DNA from: Pseudomonadales bacterium | Lineage (GTDB): Bacteria; Pseudomonadota; Gammaproteobacteria; Pseudomonadales; DC-out160 | Reading direction: 5' to 3' | Assembly: GCA_019090455.1 (NCBI GenBank) | Contig: JAHRWA010000054.1 | Location: 4,506-68,505 of the forward strand | DNA: 64,000 bases | Part shown: in pieces, positions 44,730 through 53,573 of the stretch | How the letters are laid out: each line of letters begins with the position of its first letter | Position numbering within the stretch: position 1 is the first letter of the stretch | Translations under genes and position numbers: made by a program | Notes under the pieces: model-generated | Seen by the model: the letters and a program-made list of their open reading frames with translations, nothing else | What the model was told of the DNA's origin: nothing | Databases searched by the model: none

Positions 44730-44760
44730 AGTGACATCTATATTCCTAGATACAAGAGGA

Positions 44761-45426
44761 CTAACCTAGTACTTTTTGAAACCATTGACTGATGTGATTT
44801 ATCTCCGGTAAGCAGACTTCATGCGCCATAGGGTACTGATGCCAGGAAACGTTATAATTCGCTTTTTCTAGCGACTCAAACGCGTTTCGTCCCATCATCA
44901 ATGGCAGCATGGGGTCTTGCTCACCGTGACAAACCATAATCGGGATATCCGCATTCGTTGCCGTTTTCGCGGTACCAAAACCTTCAGTATTCAGCAAAAA
45001 AGTGGACAAGGCGAGTATCCCAGCCAGTGGCTTTCGAAGAAACAAAGCGGTCTCTAGCGCGACTGCCCCACCCTGTGAAAACCCCGCCAATATAATTCGA
45101 TTCGAAGGAATGCCACGATCCACTTCTTGTTGAATTAAATCCTTTACCTGAAACACTGATTTTTTCAATCCATTCTGATCTATTTCCATCGCTGCACCAA
45201 TATCAAACCATGCAGGCATGGAAGCGCCACCATTCAACGTCACATTGCGATTGGGTGCATGTGGGAAGATAAACCGAATCGGCAAGCTTTCGGGCAATTG
45301 AAGTTGCGGCACGATAGGCTCAAAATCATGGCCATTGGCGCCTAGACCATGAAGCCAAATCACCACCGCAGTGGGGTCTTGTGATGGCGGGTTAACTTCA
45401 ATGTAGGGTAAAGGGGTTGCTAGCAT
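44761..45426 (-). CDS. Alpha/beta-hydrolase carboxylesterase (phospholipase/carboxylesterase family)
   Basis: 221 aa. VIWLHGLGANGHDF, GFSQGGAVAL, and late Asp/His (HGEQDPMLP, MAHEV). Confidence 0.82.
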   Translation of the reverse strand: MLATPLPYIEVNPPSQDPTAVVIWLHGLGANGHDFEPIVPQLQLPESLPIRFIFPHAPNRNVTLNGGASMPAWFDIGAAMEIDQNGLKKSVFQVKDLIQQEVDRGIPSNRIILAGFSQGGAVALETALFLRKPLAGILALSTFLLNTEGFGTAKTATNADIPIMVCHGEQDPMLPLMMGRNAFESLEKANYNVSWHQYPMAHEVCLPEINHISQWFQKVLG

Positions 45427-45513
45427 AAATAATCCTTAGCGAGTCAATCATGAATCGTATTGGTAGATTCTTATTGTTGATCCTGTTTGTTGATCGTACG
45501 TGTAGATTATACC

Positions 45514-45975
45514 CTAAGCTCTGCTGTTTTTTCGTAACTCCTCGACCCAACCTTCTTCAAGGGAGGAGAGTAGGTGCATGGTGACAACGCGTGAATGCAT
45601 TTTCCATACGCCAGCGACTTTATGGTATACGTCATCATAATATCCCGCCGCGATAACGCTTTTGCCATCTTGTACGCCTAGGATTTCTACATAACAAGTT
45701 CCGGTTGCGGAATCAAGGCTGTCTAGATTAATGACATGATTATGAATGAACGGGCGAGGTAACATATTACGCAGCGCTTTTTCATATAGCTTCAGTAGAT
45801 CTGGGTGCCCTTTGACGGGTCTTTTGCCCATGTTAATCCAGCCATCTTCTGTAAATAGATCGACAATGCCGGGGATATCTTGCTGCCATACACAGTGACA
45901 ATAGATATTGGGTAAATCACGAATGGCTTCTCTATCGAGTAATTGTTGCAATAGCGTGTCGGTATCGGTGCTCAT
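45514..45975 (-). CDS. SnoaL-like / NTF2-superfamily protein
   Basis: 153 aa. LLDREAIRDLPNIYCHCVWQQD...FTEDGWI...GYYDDVYHKVAGVWK is a typical SnoaL_4-type pattern. Confidence 0.65.
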   Translation of the reverse strand: MSTDTDTLLQQLLDREAIRDLPNIYCHCVWQQDIPGIVDLFTEDGWINMGKRPVKGHPDLLKLYEKALRNMLPRPFIHNHVINLDSLDSATGTCYVEILGVQDGKSVIAAGYYDDVYHKVAGVWKMHSRVVTMHLLSSLEEGWVEELRKNSRA

Positions 45976-46337
45976 CTTAATTCCCTTTTTGTTGTTAATG
46001 ATAAAAAATTAATCTTAGCTACATGCCTTGTGACGAGATAGTAATATCATCAATGACGATATCGCCACAAGCTTGATTTCTTTGGTGGTGTCCTTTGCCT
46101 ATACGTTAGAGTAAGTATACAAAACTCTGTCATAAATCTTATTTATCGCGTAACTTATCATAAGTCATTTAATCTGGACCCAGTTCAACGATGCTTATCT
46201 ATGGGGTCAAAATGACGGTTTGCCTTGATCAATATCTAAATCGGTACTTGGTTAGGTCGAGCTTGAGTTGAGTTTGAATGCGTAAAGAATAAATAGAACA
46301 ATCAATTGAATAACTAAAATAATAAGGCATATAACTT

Positions 46338-47669
46338 ATGCAAATCCGATCTAGAACTACCCACCTTGAAAAGAAATCCCTAAGTTGGTCTTTACTCCTT
46401 GGTACTAGTTTATTGCTAACGGGATGCCCTGAAGTACCTGACTCTGCTTTTTGGGCCGAGAATGTTGCTGAACCCGGCATAAAAAAGGAGTACGTGGAAG
46501 TTAGGGTAGGGGAGTCAGCAACCTTAGCTTGGAATCGTTCACAAATAATAGCCGATATTGGTGAAATAACTGAAATCGATATTACTCCGCAAATTGGAAC
46601 TGTTGATCCCCTAGCGAATGGAGTGACTTTTGTTCCTGAAATATCGAGCCATTATACCGCCGCGATAGTCGGTAGCGAAGATCTCTTAATGGTAGATAGT
46701 GGTGAGGTTATAGTGCTGCGGGAATATTGTGACGGCACGGATGTTCATGGCAATGAGTATCAGGTTGATTTAGATCTACAGCTGCCCAATGATGCTGAAT
46801 TTCCTAACGGTAATTTTCCGGCGATTGTCTTCATCCATCCTGGTGGTTGGGATACAGGTGACTATTCTGATTTTTATGCTTATATGCCTGAAGCGACTGG
46901 GCGCGGTTACGCTGCAATATCTATCAATCATAGGTTAAGTCAATCAGATGAGATGGTATGGCCCGGTCACATTCAAGATGCGAAGTGCGCAGTACGCTGG
47001 TTGAGGGCCAATGCCCAGACCTATAATTTAAATCCCGAAGCCATCGCAGCCGTTGGTTTTTCGGCAGGTGGCCACTTAGCCGCGATGTTAGGTGTTACCG
47101 ACCAGTCTAGTACCCCAGAAAAACAATCTGAAATAGACCGCTTCAAAAATGAGGGAGGCTTTTCGGGTGTAGATGATAGTGTTCAAGCAGTGGTGAGTAT
47201 TGCCGGGTTACATGATTTGGCAGCCTCTTATTTTAACGAAGGAGGAGGGGACGTATACACGAAATTCTTAGGGCGATTGCCTGTCGATGGTGATGATGCG
47301 CTCTATGCGCTTGCTTCACCGGTTCATTACGTCGATGCGCAGTCTGCGGCGAAGCCATTCTTAATGATCAATAGTGAGTTAGATATCACGGTAACACCCG
47401 TGAATGGTTGCAGATTAAAATTGGCTCTTGAATCTGCGGGTAGCAATAATGCTCACATGTTGCTTTATCCTGAAGGTAGCCACCTATCGTATGTAGAATA
47501 TCGCGATTTCAGAAATGTGTTTAGTGGCGCGACGCTCCATAAAACGATTAATAATGTTTTTCTGTTTTTGGATTATCAATTTATGTCTGGCCCTGAGCCT
47601 AGTGCTAGTTATTCCGACCCTTTAGTTAGCAGTGCAAGTTGCGAGACCCTGGTTCAGAATGATATATGA
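46338..47669 (+). CDS. Lipoprotein alpha/beta-hydrolase esterase, paralogue of 38460-39803
   Basis: Lipobox LLLTGC, FIHPGGWDTGD, GFSAGGH, YPEGSHLSY. Long blocks are near-identical to the paralogue (PGHIQDAKCAVRWLRANAQTYNLNPEAIAAVGFSAGGHLAAMLGVTD). Confidence 0.8.
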   Translation: MQIRSRTTHLEKKSLSWSLLLGTSLLLTGCPEVPDSAFWAENVAEPGIKKEYVEVRVGESATLAWNRSQIIADIGEITEIDITPQIGTVDPLANGVTFVPEISSHYTAAIVGSEDLLMVDSGEVIVLREYCDGTDVHGNEYQVDLDLQLPNDAEFPNGNFPAIVFIHPGGWDTGDYSDFYAYMPEATGRGYAAISINHRLSQSDEMVWPGHIQDAKCAVRWLRANAQTYNLNPEAIAAVGFSAGGHLAAMLGVTDQSSTPEKQSEIDRFKNEGGFSGVDDSVQAVVSIAGLHDLAASYFNEGGGDVYTKFLGRLPVDGDDALYALASPVHYVDAQSAAKPFLMINSELDITVTPVNGCRLKLALESAGSNNAHMLLYPEGSHLSYVEYRDFRNVFSGATLHKTINNVFLFLDYQFMSGPEPSASYSDPLVSSASCETLVQNDI

Positions 47670-47735
47670 ATGGGATGGGTCGAATGGAATAGGAGGGGTT
47701 GAATGGAAAGGACGAATAAGATAAAGGACTAACCT

Positions 47736-48953
47736 ATGCAAACTCAACATATACTAGACGGGTATCGCGTTTTGGATATCACCCAGCATATCGCTGGCCC
47801 CACTGTGACTCGCTTAATGGTGGAAATGGGCGCTGAAGTCATTAAGGTCGAGATCTTACCCTACGGAGATCCAACCCGTTTAGGTGCCTTTCGACGGGAC
47901 AAACGCAGCGGTCTCAATATTCAACATAACCGAGGAAAGAAGAGTCTGTGTCTTGATGTGAAAAGTGAAAAGGGCCGACAGATTCTCAAAGAATTGGTAG
48001 AAAAATGCGATGTCATACTTGAAAATTTCGCCCCCGGTGTGATTGGACGTATGGGACTCGATTGGGAGACGGTGAAATCCTTAAACCCGAAAGCTGTTAT
48101 GTGTTCCATTTCAGCATTTGGTCAAACTGGACCATTAGCACCATTACCGGGTTTTGATTATATCGCGCAAGCCTATGCCGGTGTCACCGATATGATTGGC
48201 GATGCCGATGGACCGCCATCGATTCCACAACTGGCATTGGGTGACGTAGGTACGGGCGTACACGCGGCCTGCGCCATTGGTTATGCATTATTGCATCGAG
48301 AGCGAACCGGGAAGGGCCAATTTCTGGATATATCGTTACTCGATTGCTATTTTCACGCGCACGAAGCCAATGTTGAATTGTACAGTGGGACGCAAGGTAA
48401 AGTGGTCCCCACTCGCAACGGGTCACAACACTACTCGCTAGTGCCTGTGGGCGTTTACCGCTCGAAGGAAGGTTATATTTTGATTCTTGCCCATATGGAA
48501 AATCATTGGAAAAACCTGTGTGGTGTTATCGGTAACGAAGCATTAACAACAGAGGAGCGCTTCACCGACCCTAAGACTCGCATCCGAGCAAAAGAAGAAA
48601 TTGTCGCTATCATCGAGCAATGGTTGCAAGCGCAAGAAAGTGATCAGGCGGCGATAGAGCTACTACAACAAGCGCATGTACCCGTAGCACCCGTATTGAC
48701 GATAGGCGAAGCAATCTCTCATCCCCATTTGGTAGAACGTGGAACGGTTCAGACGGTCAACGATCGAATACTGGGTGAGTTCAAAATACCAGGTAACCCA
48801 CTTCGTTATTCCGAGTTTCCGGAACCATTGCCTCTCGATGCTCCTTTTCTTGGTGAACATAATAAAGAGGTGCTGACTGAGATTCTTGCTTATAGTGATG
48901 AGGATGTAGCCGCGATGGAAAGCGAAAAAATTATTCGCCAAACCACTTATTAG
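47736..48953 (+). CDS. Family III CoA-transferase (CaiB/BaiF; alpha-methylacyl-CoA racemase-like)
   Basis: LDGYRVLDITQHIAGPTVTRLMVEMGAEVIKVE..GDPTR, and ENFAPGVIGRMGLDWE. Confidence 0.85.
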   Translation: MQTQHILDGYRVLDITQHIAGPTVTRLMVEMGAEVIKVEILPYGDPTRLGAFRRDKRSGLNIQHNRGKKSLCLDVKSEKGRQILKELVEKCDVILENFAPGVIGRMGLDWETVKSLNPKAVMCSISAFGQTGPLAPLPGFDYIAQAYAGVTDMIGDADGPPSIPQLALGDVGTGVHAACAIGYALLHRERTGKGQFLDISLLDCYFHAHEANVELYSGTQGKVVPTRNGSQHYSLVPVGVYRSKEGYILILAHMENHWKNLCGVIGNEALTTEERFTDPKTRIRAKEEIVAIIEQWLQAQESDQAAIELLQQAHVPVAPVLTIGEAISHPHLVERGTVQTVNDRILGEFKIPGNPLRYSEFPEPLPLDAPFLGEHNKEVLTEILAYSDEDVAAMESEKIIRQTTY

Positions 48954-49024
48954 TTTATCCTTAAGCCTGTTCAATACTTGGTTCTAGATCTTGTTAAAAC
49001 TCGCTTTGAAGGAATCTGCGTGCG

Positions 49025-49765
49025 ATGGCGAAAATATTAGTAGTCGGCGCAACCTCAACGGTTGCATCGATATTTGCTCAAGCTAGGGCGAAAAGCGGAG
49101 ACGAATTATTTTGTCTTGCCCGCAATGAAGAAAAATTAGCAGGTCTCACTGACTCCTTCCCAGAGGCAGTAAAAGGTGTCCATTGTTTTGATTTTAATGC
49201 GACGGATATAGCAACCATTGCAGTAAAAAAAGCGGTGGAATGTTTAGGCGCTATCGATATTGTTTTGATCGCGCATGGAGATCTCACGCCTCAAATGGAA
49301 AGCGAACAAAACTTTCAAATAGCCAAAAGTGCTTTCGACATCAATTTGTTAAGTGTCATCGCATTACTGATACCTATTTCGGAACAAATGGTAACGCAAG
49401 GTTACGGAAAAATCGGAGTTATCACTTCGGTGGCAGGTGATCGAGGACGGCCTAGAAATTATACCTATGGCGCTGCGAAAGGTGCATTATCATTATACCT
49501 TCAAGGCTTACGCTCGACACTGTGGCAAAGCGGTGTCGAGATTTACGATTTCAAATCAGGTCCTGTGGATACCCCTATGTCGGCCTCCCACAAGAAAAAC
49601 TTTTCATTTTCCAGCCCTGAGCTGGTCGCCAGTGAAATCTGGAATGCATTTCAGAGACGAAAATTCTGTGTCTATATACCGGGATATTGGCGTTGGGTTA
49701 TGCTTTGTGTTCGCAATATGCCTGAGTTCATTTTTCAGCGGCTTAAGTTTTTGTCGGCTCGCTAG
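49025..49765 (+). CDS. Short-chain dehydrogenase/reductase (atypical cofactor motif)
   Basis: ILVVGATSTVASIFA, ITSVAGDRGRPRNYTYGAAKGAL (S...YxxxK). Confidence 0.75.
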   Translation: MAKILVVGATSTVASIFAQARAKSGDELFCLARNEEKLAGLTDSFPEAVKGVHCFDFNATDIATIAVKKAVECLGAIDIVLIAHGDLTPQMESEQNFQIAKSAFDINLLSVIALLIPISEQMVTQGYGKIGVITSVAGDRGRPRNYTYGAAKGALSLYLQGLRSTLWQSGVEIYDFKSGPVDTPMSASHKKNFSFSSPELVASEIWNAFQRRKFCVYIPGYWRWVMLCVRNMPEFIFQRLKFLSAR

Positions 49766-49914
49766 GGTGGCCCTTACGGAAAATCCAACGCGGCAAAATT
49801 CATGGCGGAAAATCCCCATAAAATGTTATTATTTATTGAGCAGTATTGTGAATTGAACAGTTCTGTAAATCGAATAATGTTGTAAACCACTGTGAGATAA
49901 GTAAAAGGTAATTT

Positions 49915-50562
49915 ATGGCTTTTCCCCCCGCAGCGCCACGCAAACACTTACACAACCGAAACATAGATTGCCAAGGTTATTTACGTGATGACGGCTTCTG
50001 GGATATTGAAGCGCGAATTGTCGATGTTAAAACTTACACCGTTGATAATCGTTGGCGGGGTCCATTAGAACCGGGTAACCCGATACACAATATGGGTGTT
50101 CGTCTTACCATCGATCATACTTTTACGGTACGTGAGGTGGCAACGACGATGGATGATCAGCCACACCAAATTTGCCATGAAGTGCTAGTTAATTTCCAAC
50201 GCTTGGTTGGCTTAAGTATAGGGCCGGGCTGGGGTCGTAAAGTCAAAGAAAGACAAGGAGGCTCTGCCGGTTGCACGCATTTAGTGGATCTATTAGGCCC
50301 TATGGCAACGGTCGCATTTCAGACCACGGCATCGGATGCTGCGCGAGACATGGCGCGTCAGGTGAATCCTGAAATCTATCCCGAGGTTAAAACAGACCCG
50401 ACTAAAAAACCCTTCGTATTAAATGGATGCTATACCTGGAGTAGTGGCAGCTCTGCTGTTAAAGAGGTTTACCCTTTGCACTATACGGGAGATAAGAGTG
50501 TCGAAGAGGTGGCCCAAGACAGTAAGAATGATAGCGCGGATAAGACGATATTTCGTGGATGA
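49915..50562 (+). CDS. DUF2889-family protein
   Basis: 215 aa. LHNRNIDCQGYLRDDGFWDIEARIVDVKTY and GGSAGCTHLVDLLGPMATVAFQT match my memory of the DUF2889 family. Confidence 0.6.
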   Translation: MAFPPAAPRKHLHNRNIDCQGYLRDDGFWDIEARIVDVKTYTVDNRWRGPLEPGNPIHNMGVRLTIDHTFTVREVATTMDDQPHQICHEVLVNFQRLVGLSIGPGWGRKVKERQGGSAGCTHLVDLLGPMATVAFQTTASDAARDMARQVNPEIYPEVKTDPTKKPFVLNGCYTWSSGSSAVKEVYPLHYTGDKSVEEVAQDSKNDSADKTIFRG

Positions 50563-50566
50563 CTTT

Positions 50567-50610
50567 GTTGATGACCGGATGGGTTGATGACCGGGTGGGT
50601 TAATGAATTG
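50567..50610. repeat. 16-bp tandem repeat (about 2.7 copies) starting 5 nt after the DUF2889 stop
   Basis: GTTGATGACCGGATGG (50567-50582), GTTGATGACCGGGTGG (50583-50598), then the partial copy GTTAATGAATTG. Confidence 0.8.
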
Positions 50611-50640
50611 TTGATTGAGTCGCTAATTCAAGGAAAGAAA

Positions 50641-50678
50641 GCCTGTGTGGGAGCGATCTGAGTTGTTCCTACACAGGC
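50641..50678. terminator. Hairpin between convergent genes
   Basis: GCCTGTGTGGG (50641-50651) pairs with CCTACACAGGC (50668-50678): 11 bp including one G-U. Confidence 0.5.
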
Positions 50679-50712
50679 AATATATACGACTTTATTTTAT
50701 GGTTTGATCAAC

Positions 50713-50800
50713 TACACCGGACCACTTTTTATTTACTAGACCACTTCTCATTTACTAGACCACTTCTCATTTACTAGGCCACTTCTCATTTACTAGATAA
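50713..50800. repeat. 19-bp tandem repeat (three good copies plus degenerate flanking copies) overlapping the stop of the minus-strand DUF35 gene
   Basis: TTTACTAGACCACTTCTCA at 50732-50750 and 50751-50769. TTTACTAGGCCACTTCTCA at 50770-50788. A degenerate copy from 50789 contains the CTA (= TAG stop) at 50793-50795. Another degenerate copy lies upstream at about 50713-50731. Confidence 0.85.
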
Positions 50801-51221
50801 CCTCCCATTGAGGGATTTTTAAAGTCACACCCGCTTTCTCATCTTCAATGGTTTCAAACACCGCTTTCACTTTCTGCCCAACCTCTACCTTATTTGGATC
50901 TATATTCACGGGATTACCGAGGATTCTAATTTCCGGATGATCGTTTAAGCTAACCAGGATCACGGTATAAGGGACTCGATCTTTTAGTGTCCCTGGTATC
51001 GGATGTTCTACTACGGTATGGCTATAGACGACACCTTCGCCACTACAGGTTTGCCAATCGAAAGAGGTTTCTTGGCAAACGTGGCATACATCTTCTGGGG
51101 GATGTTGTGCCGTCTGACAGCTTTTGCATGTTTGAACGACGATTTTTCCCGAAGTAAAAAACGCTTTATTATTATCATTGAGGGCAGGTAGTGCCCACCA
51201 ATCAGGCATGTAACGTTGCAT
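50793..51221 (-). CDS. DUF35-type Zn-ribbon/OB-fold protein
   Basis: 142 aa. A four-Cys ribbon CKSCQTAQHPPEDVCHVCQ, then an OB-like domain. Lies downstream of the thiolase-like gene on the same strand. Confidence 0.72.
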   Translation of the reverse strand: MQRYMPDWWALPALNDNNKAFFTSGKIVVQTCKSCQTAQHPPEDVCHVCQETSFDWQTCSGEGVVYSHTVVEHPIPGTLKDRVPYTVILVSLNDHPEIRILGNPVNIDPNKVEVGQKVKAVFETIEDEKAGVTLKIPQWEVI

Positions 51222-51314
51222 TGTTTTCTCCTAAATTCGTTAAATAGGGTTTGCGCTAATTCTTGTTGAAGAGCTAATTTTTAGAAATTCAGCTTAAGCT
51301 CTAATCTTTAACCT

Positions 51315-52472
51315 TTAATCTTTAGAAAAGAGAACCGCGCTGCCCGGTGAATATCCCGGACCCGAAACGACTAAGCTATGTTCTACATCAGCGACCTGAC
51401 AGGTTGAATCCCCTCTCACTTGTCTCACGGCTTCATTGATTAATTCGAATCCGTGCATATAGCCTTCCGCAAGATTGCCTCCACTGGTATTTATGGGAAG
51501 TTTTGCATTGGGTCCTTGGAGATTACCGTTGGCGACAAACTCGTTGATTTCTTCCTTCTCGCAGAATCCCATTTCCGCAATGGCCATTAATACGGGCCCT
51601 GTGAAGTTCTCGTAAAACTGAGCAACTTGAACATCTTTGGGCGTAATGCCGGATCGTTGCCATATTTGTTGTCCTACCTCACTGTTAAAAGAAGTAGGGA
51701 AGCTGGGTTCGTTAAATTGCAACGCACCGTCTCGCTGTCCCAGTCCTTGGGCAGCGGCAAGTATCGGTACCGGTTTTTGTTTAAGATCCCGTGCACGGTC
51801 TATGCTGGTGACCACGATGGCTGTCGCGCCATCGTTTTCCGGGCAGCAATCATATATATGGAAAGGTTTAGCAATCCAGCGAGAGGCGTGATACTCCTCG
51901 CGTGTCAGCGGCTTTCCATAACGTATGGCTCGAGGATTGAGTTGTGCATGAGCATGAGCGGTTAATGCAATCTCGGCGAGTGAATCTTGAGTGATACCGT
52001 ATTCGTGCATAAAACGAGTGGTTTGCAATGCACAGGTATGAGCAGGTGAGAGCATTCCATAAGTGGCGCTAAAGGCGTTATTCCCATGAGCGTGAGTAGC
52101 CGGTTTGGACTGCCCAAAACGACCAAACTGTCCTTGTGCTAGGGCTCTAAAAACCACAACATTTTTTGCATAACCGGCACTAACAGCCGCATCAGCAAGA
52201 CCCACGGATGCAGCGACACCATTGCCACCGCCGCCCCAAGGTTGAGCCGCGAAGGCCACGTTCTTCATTCCGAGTGCAGCAGATAAGCGACCGGGATCAT
52301 TACGAGATTCCATATAGGAAGAAAATCCATCGATGTCCTTGAGTTCTAATCCTGCGTCCGCAACGGCCTTGGTGATGGCTTCGCTAGCGAGTTGAAATTC
52401 TGTTTTCGGGGACTGACCGCGTTTGTAATAGCGCGTCTCACCAATGCCGACTACGGCTGATTTACCTTGCAC
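51315..52472 (-). CDS. Thiolase-like protein (SCP-x/Ltp type) lacking the nucleophilic Cys
   Basis: 385 aa. VVGIGETRYYKRG, YDCCPENDGATAIVV, NTSGGNLAEGYMHGF. The segment where thiolases carry N-x-C-x-x-G-S reads AAQPWGGGGNGVAASVG (no Cys). Confidence 0.75.
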   Translation of the reverse strand: MQGKSAVVGIGETRYYKRGQSPKTEFQLASEAITKAVADAGLELKDIDGFSSYMESRNDPGRLSAALGMKNVAFAAQPWGGGGNGVAASVGLADAAVSAGYAKNVVVFRALAQGQFGRFGQSKPATHAHGNNAFSATYGMLSPAHTCALQTTRFMHEYGITQDSLAEIALTAHAHAQLNPRAIRYGKPLTREEYHASRWIAKPFHIYDCCPENDGATAIVVTSIDRARDLKQKPVPILAAAQGLGQRDGALQFNEPSFPTSFNSEVGQQIWQRSGITPKDVQVAQFYENFTGPVLMAIAEMGFCEKEEINEFVANGNLQGPNAKLPINTSGGNLAEGYMHGFELINEAVRQVRGDSTCQVADVEHSLVVSGPGYSPGSAVLFSKD

Positions 52473-52723
52473 GTTTTATTCTCCTTGTCAGTTGTGATTT
52501 GGTTCGTGATCTGAGAGTCATAATCACATAAAAAAAGTGTGACTGCGATGGTTGAAATTAGTATTCGTTAATGGAAAAAAATGGCAATAATGAAAAGTTA
52601 TGAAAAGGGGGCGTGCATTGGTAGCTTAGTTGCACCCGATCGCGCTCAGCCATTACAATAGTTAACAACAGAAAAGCATAGAAAAACTCGATACGGTTTT
52701 TATAAAACGAAAAGGAAATTCTA

Positions 52724-53437
52724 ATGGGAAATTTTGAAAATAAAGTAGTGATTGTAACCGGAGCAGCAGGTGCATTGGGTACTGCAGTCACGCAATATTT
52801 TTTATCCAATGGCGCATCAGTGGCGTGCTTAGATTACAGTGACGAATTATTGGATAAAGCGTTTCCTGAAGCCAGTACCAATCCGAAACTGTTTTCCATC
52901 GTGGCGGATTTGAATCAGAGAGGAAGCTGTGATGAGGCGATTATCGCAATCAAGAAAGAATTTGGACAGATCGATATTTTGACGAATATCGCAGGTGGGT
53001 TTGTGATGGGAGAACCGGTGCACGCTACTACGGATGAAACTTGGGATTTTCTGTTTAACCTCAATACCCGTTCTATTGTCTATACCAGTGCTGCTGTCGT
53101 GCCTATTATGTTAGCGCAAGGCGCAGGTAAAATCGTCAATATCTCTGCACGCGCCGCAGTGGCAGGCGCAAAAAACATGGGCGCTTATACTGCGTCTAAA
53201 GCCGCAGTGACGCGTTTAACTGAAAGTATGGCGTTGGAATTGCGGGAGAAAAATATCAATGTGAATTGCATCATGCCAGGCACTATTGATACGGCTAGAA
53301 ATCGTAGCGATATGCCCAATGCGGATTACAGCAAATGGGTTGCTACCAGTGATATTGCGAATGTGATTGGTTTTCTTTGTGGTGAGGAATCTTCTGCTGT
53401 TAATGGCGCAGCGCTACCTGTTTATGGTCTAAGTTAA
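52724..53437 (+). CDS. Short-chain dehydrogenase/reductase
   Basis: VTGAAGALGTAV, NIAGG, YTASKAAV, PGTIDT. Confidence 0.85.
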   Translation: MGNFENKVVIVTGAAGALGTAVTQYFLSNGASVACLDYSDELLDKAFPEASTNPKLFSIVADLNQRGSCDEAIIAIKKEFGQIDILTNIAGGFVMGEPVHATTDETWDFLFNLNTRSIVYTSAAVVPIMLAQGAGKIVNISARAAVAGAKNMGAYTASKAAVTRLTESMALELREKNINVNCIMPGTIDTARNRSDMPNADYSKWVATSDIANVIGFLCGEESSAVNGAALPVYGLS

Positions 53438-53480
53438 ATTCTAGATTAATTTGAGTTCTGGATGTACGTTACATGAAATA

Positions 53481-53531
53481 ACCCACCTGATCGATAACAG
53501 TTACCTTTCGCTGTTATCGATCAGGTCGGGT
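53481..53531. terminator. Strong hairpin between convergent genes (bidirectional terminator)
   Basis: CCTGATCGATAACAG (53486-53500) and CTGTTATCGATCAGG (53511-53525) form a perfect 15-bp stem with a 10-nt loop. The stem extends by ACCC/GGGT across a 1-nt bulge. Confidence 0.7.
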
Positions 53532-53573
53532 GTTACAAAACCAGCTACATAACTAGTTCTATTACCTACTACA

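Noticed and set aside
46229-46480. 83-aa minus-strand ORF overlapping the start of the esterase gene
   Set aside because: It overlaps the well-supported lipoprotein esterase N-terminus (signal peptide and lipobox) and its promoter region. Its translation is low complexity.
49437-49856. 139-aa + strand ORF overlapping the 3' half of the SDR gene in another frame
   Set aside because: The SDR frame carries the catalytic S...YxxxK motif through this region. The alternative frame has no family signal.
50713-50800. CRISPR array (also considered for 55881-55973 and 31844-31887)
   Set aside because: The units are directly abutting tandem repeats of 8-19 bp with no unique spacers, and no cas genes are in the window.
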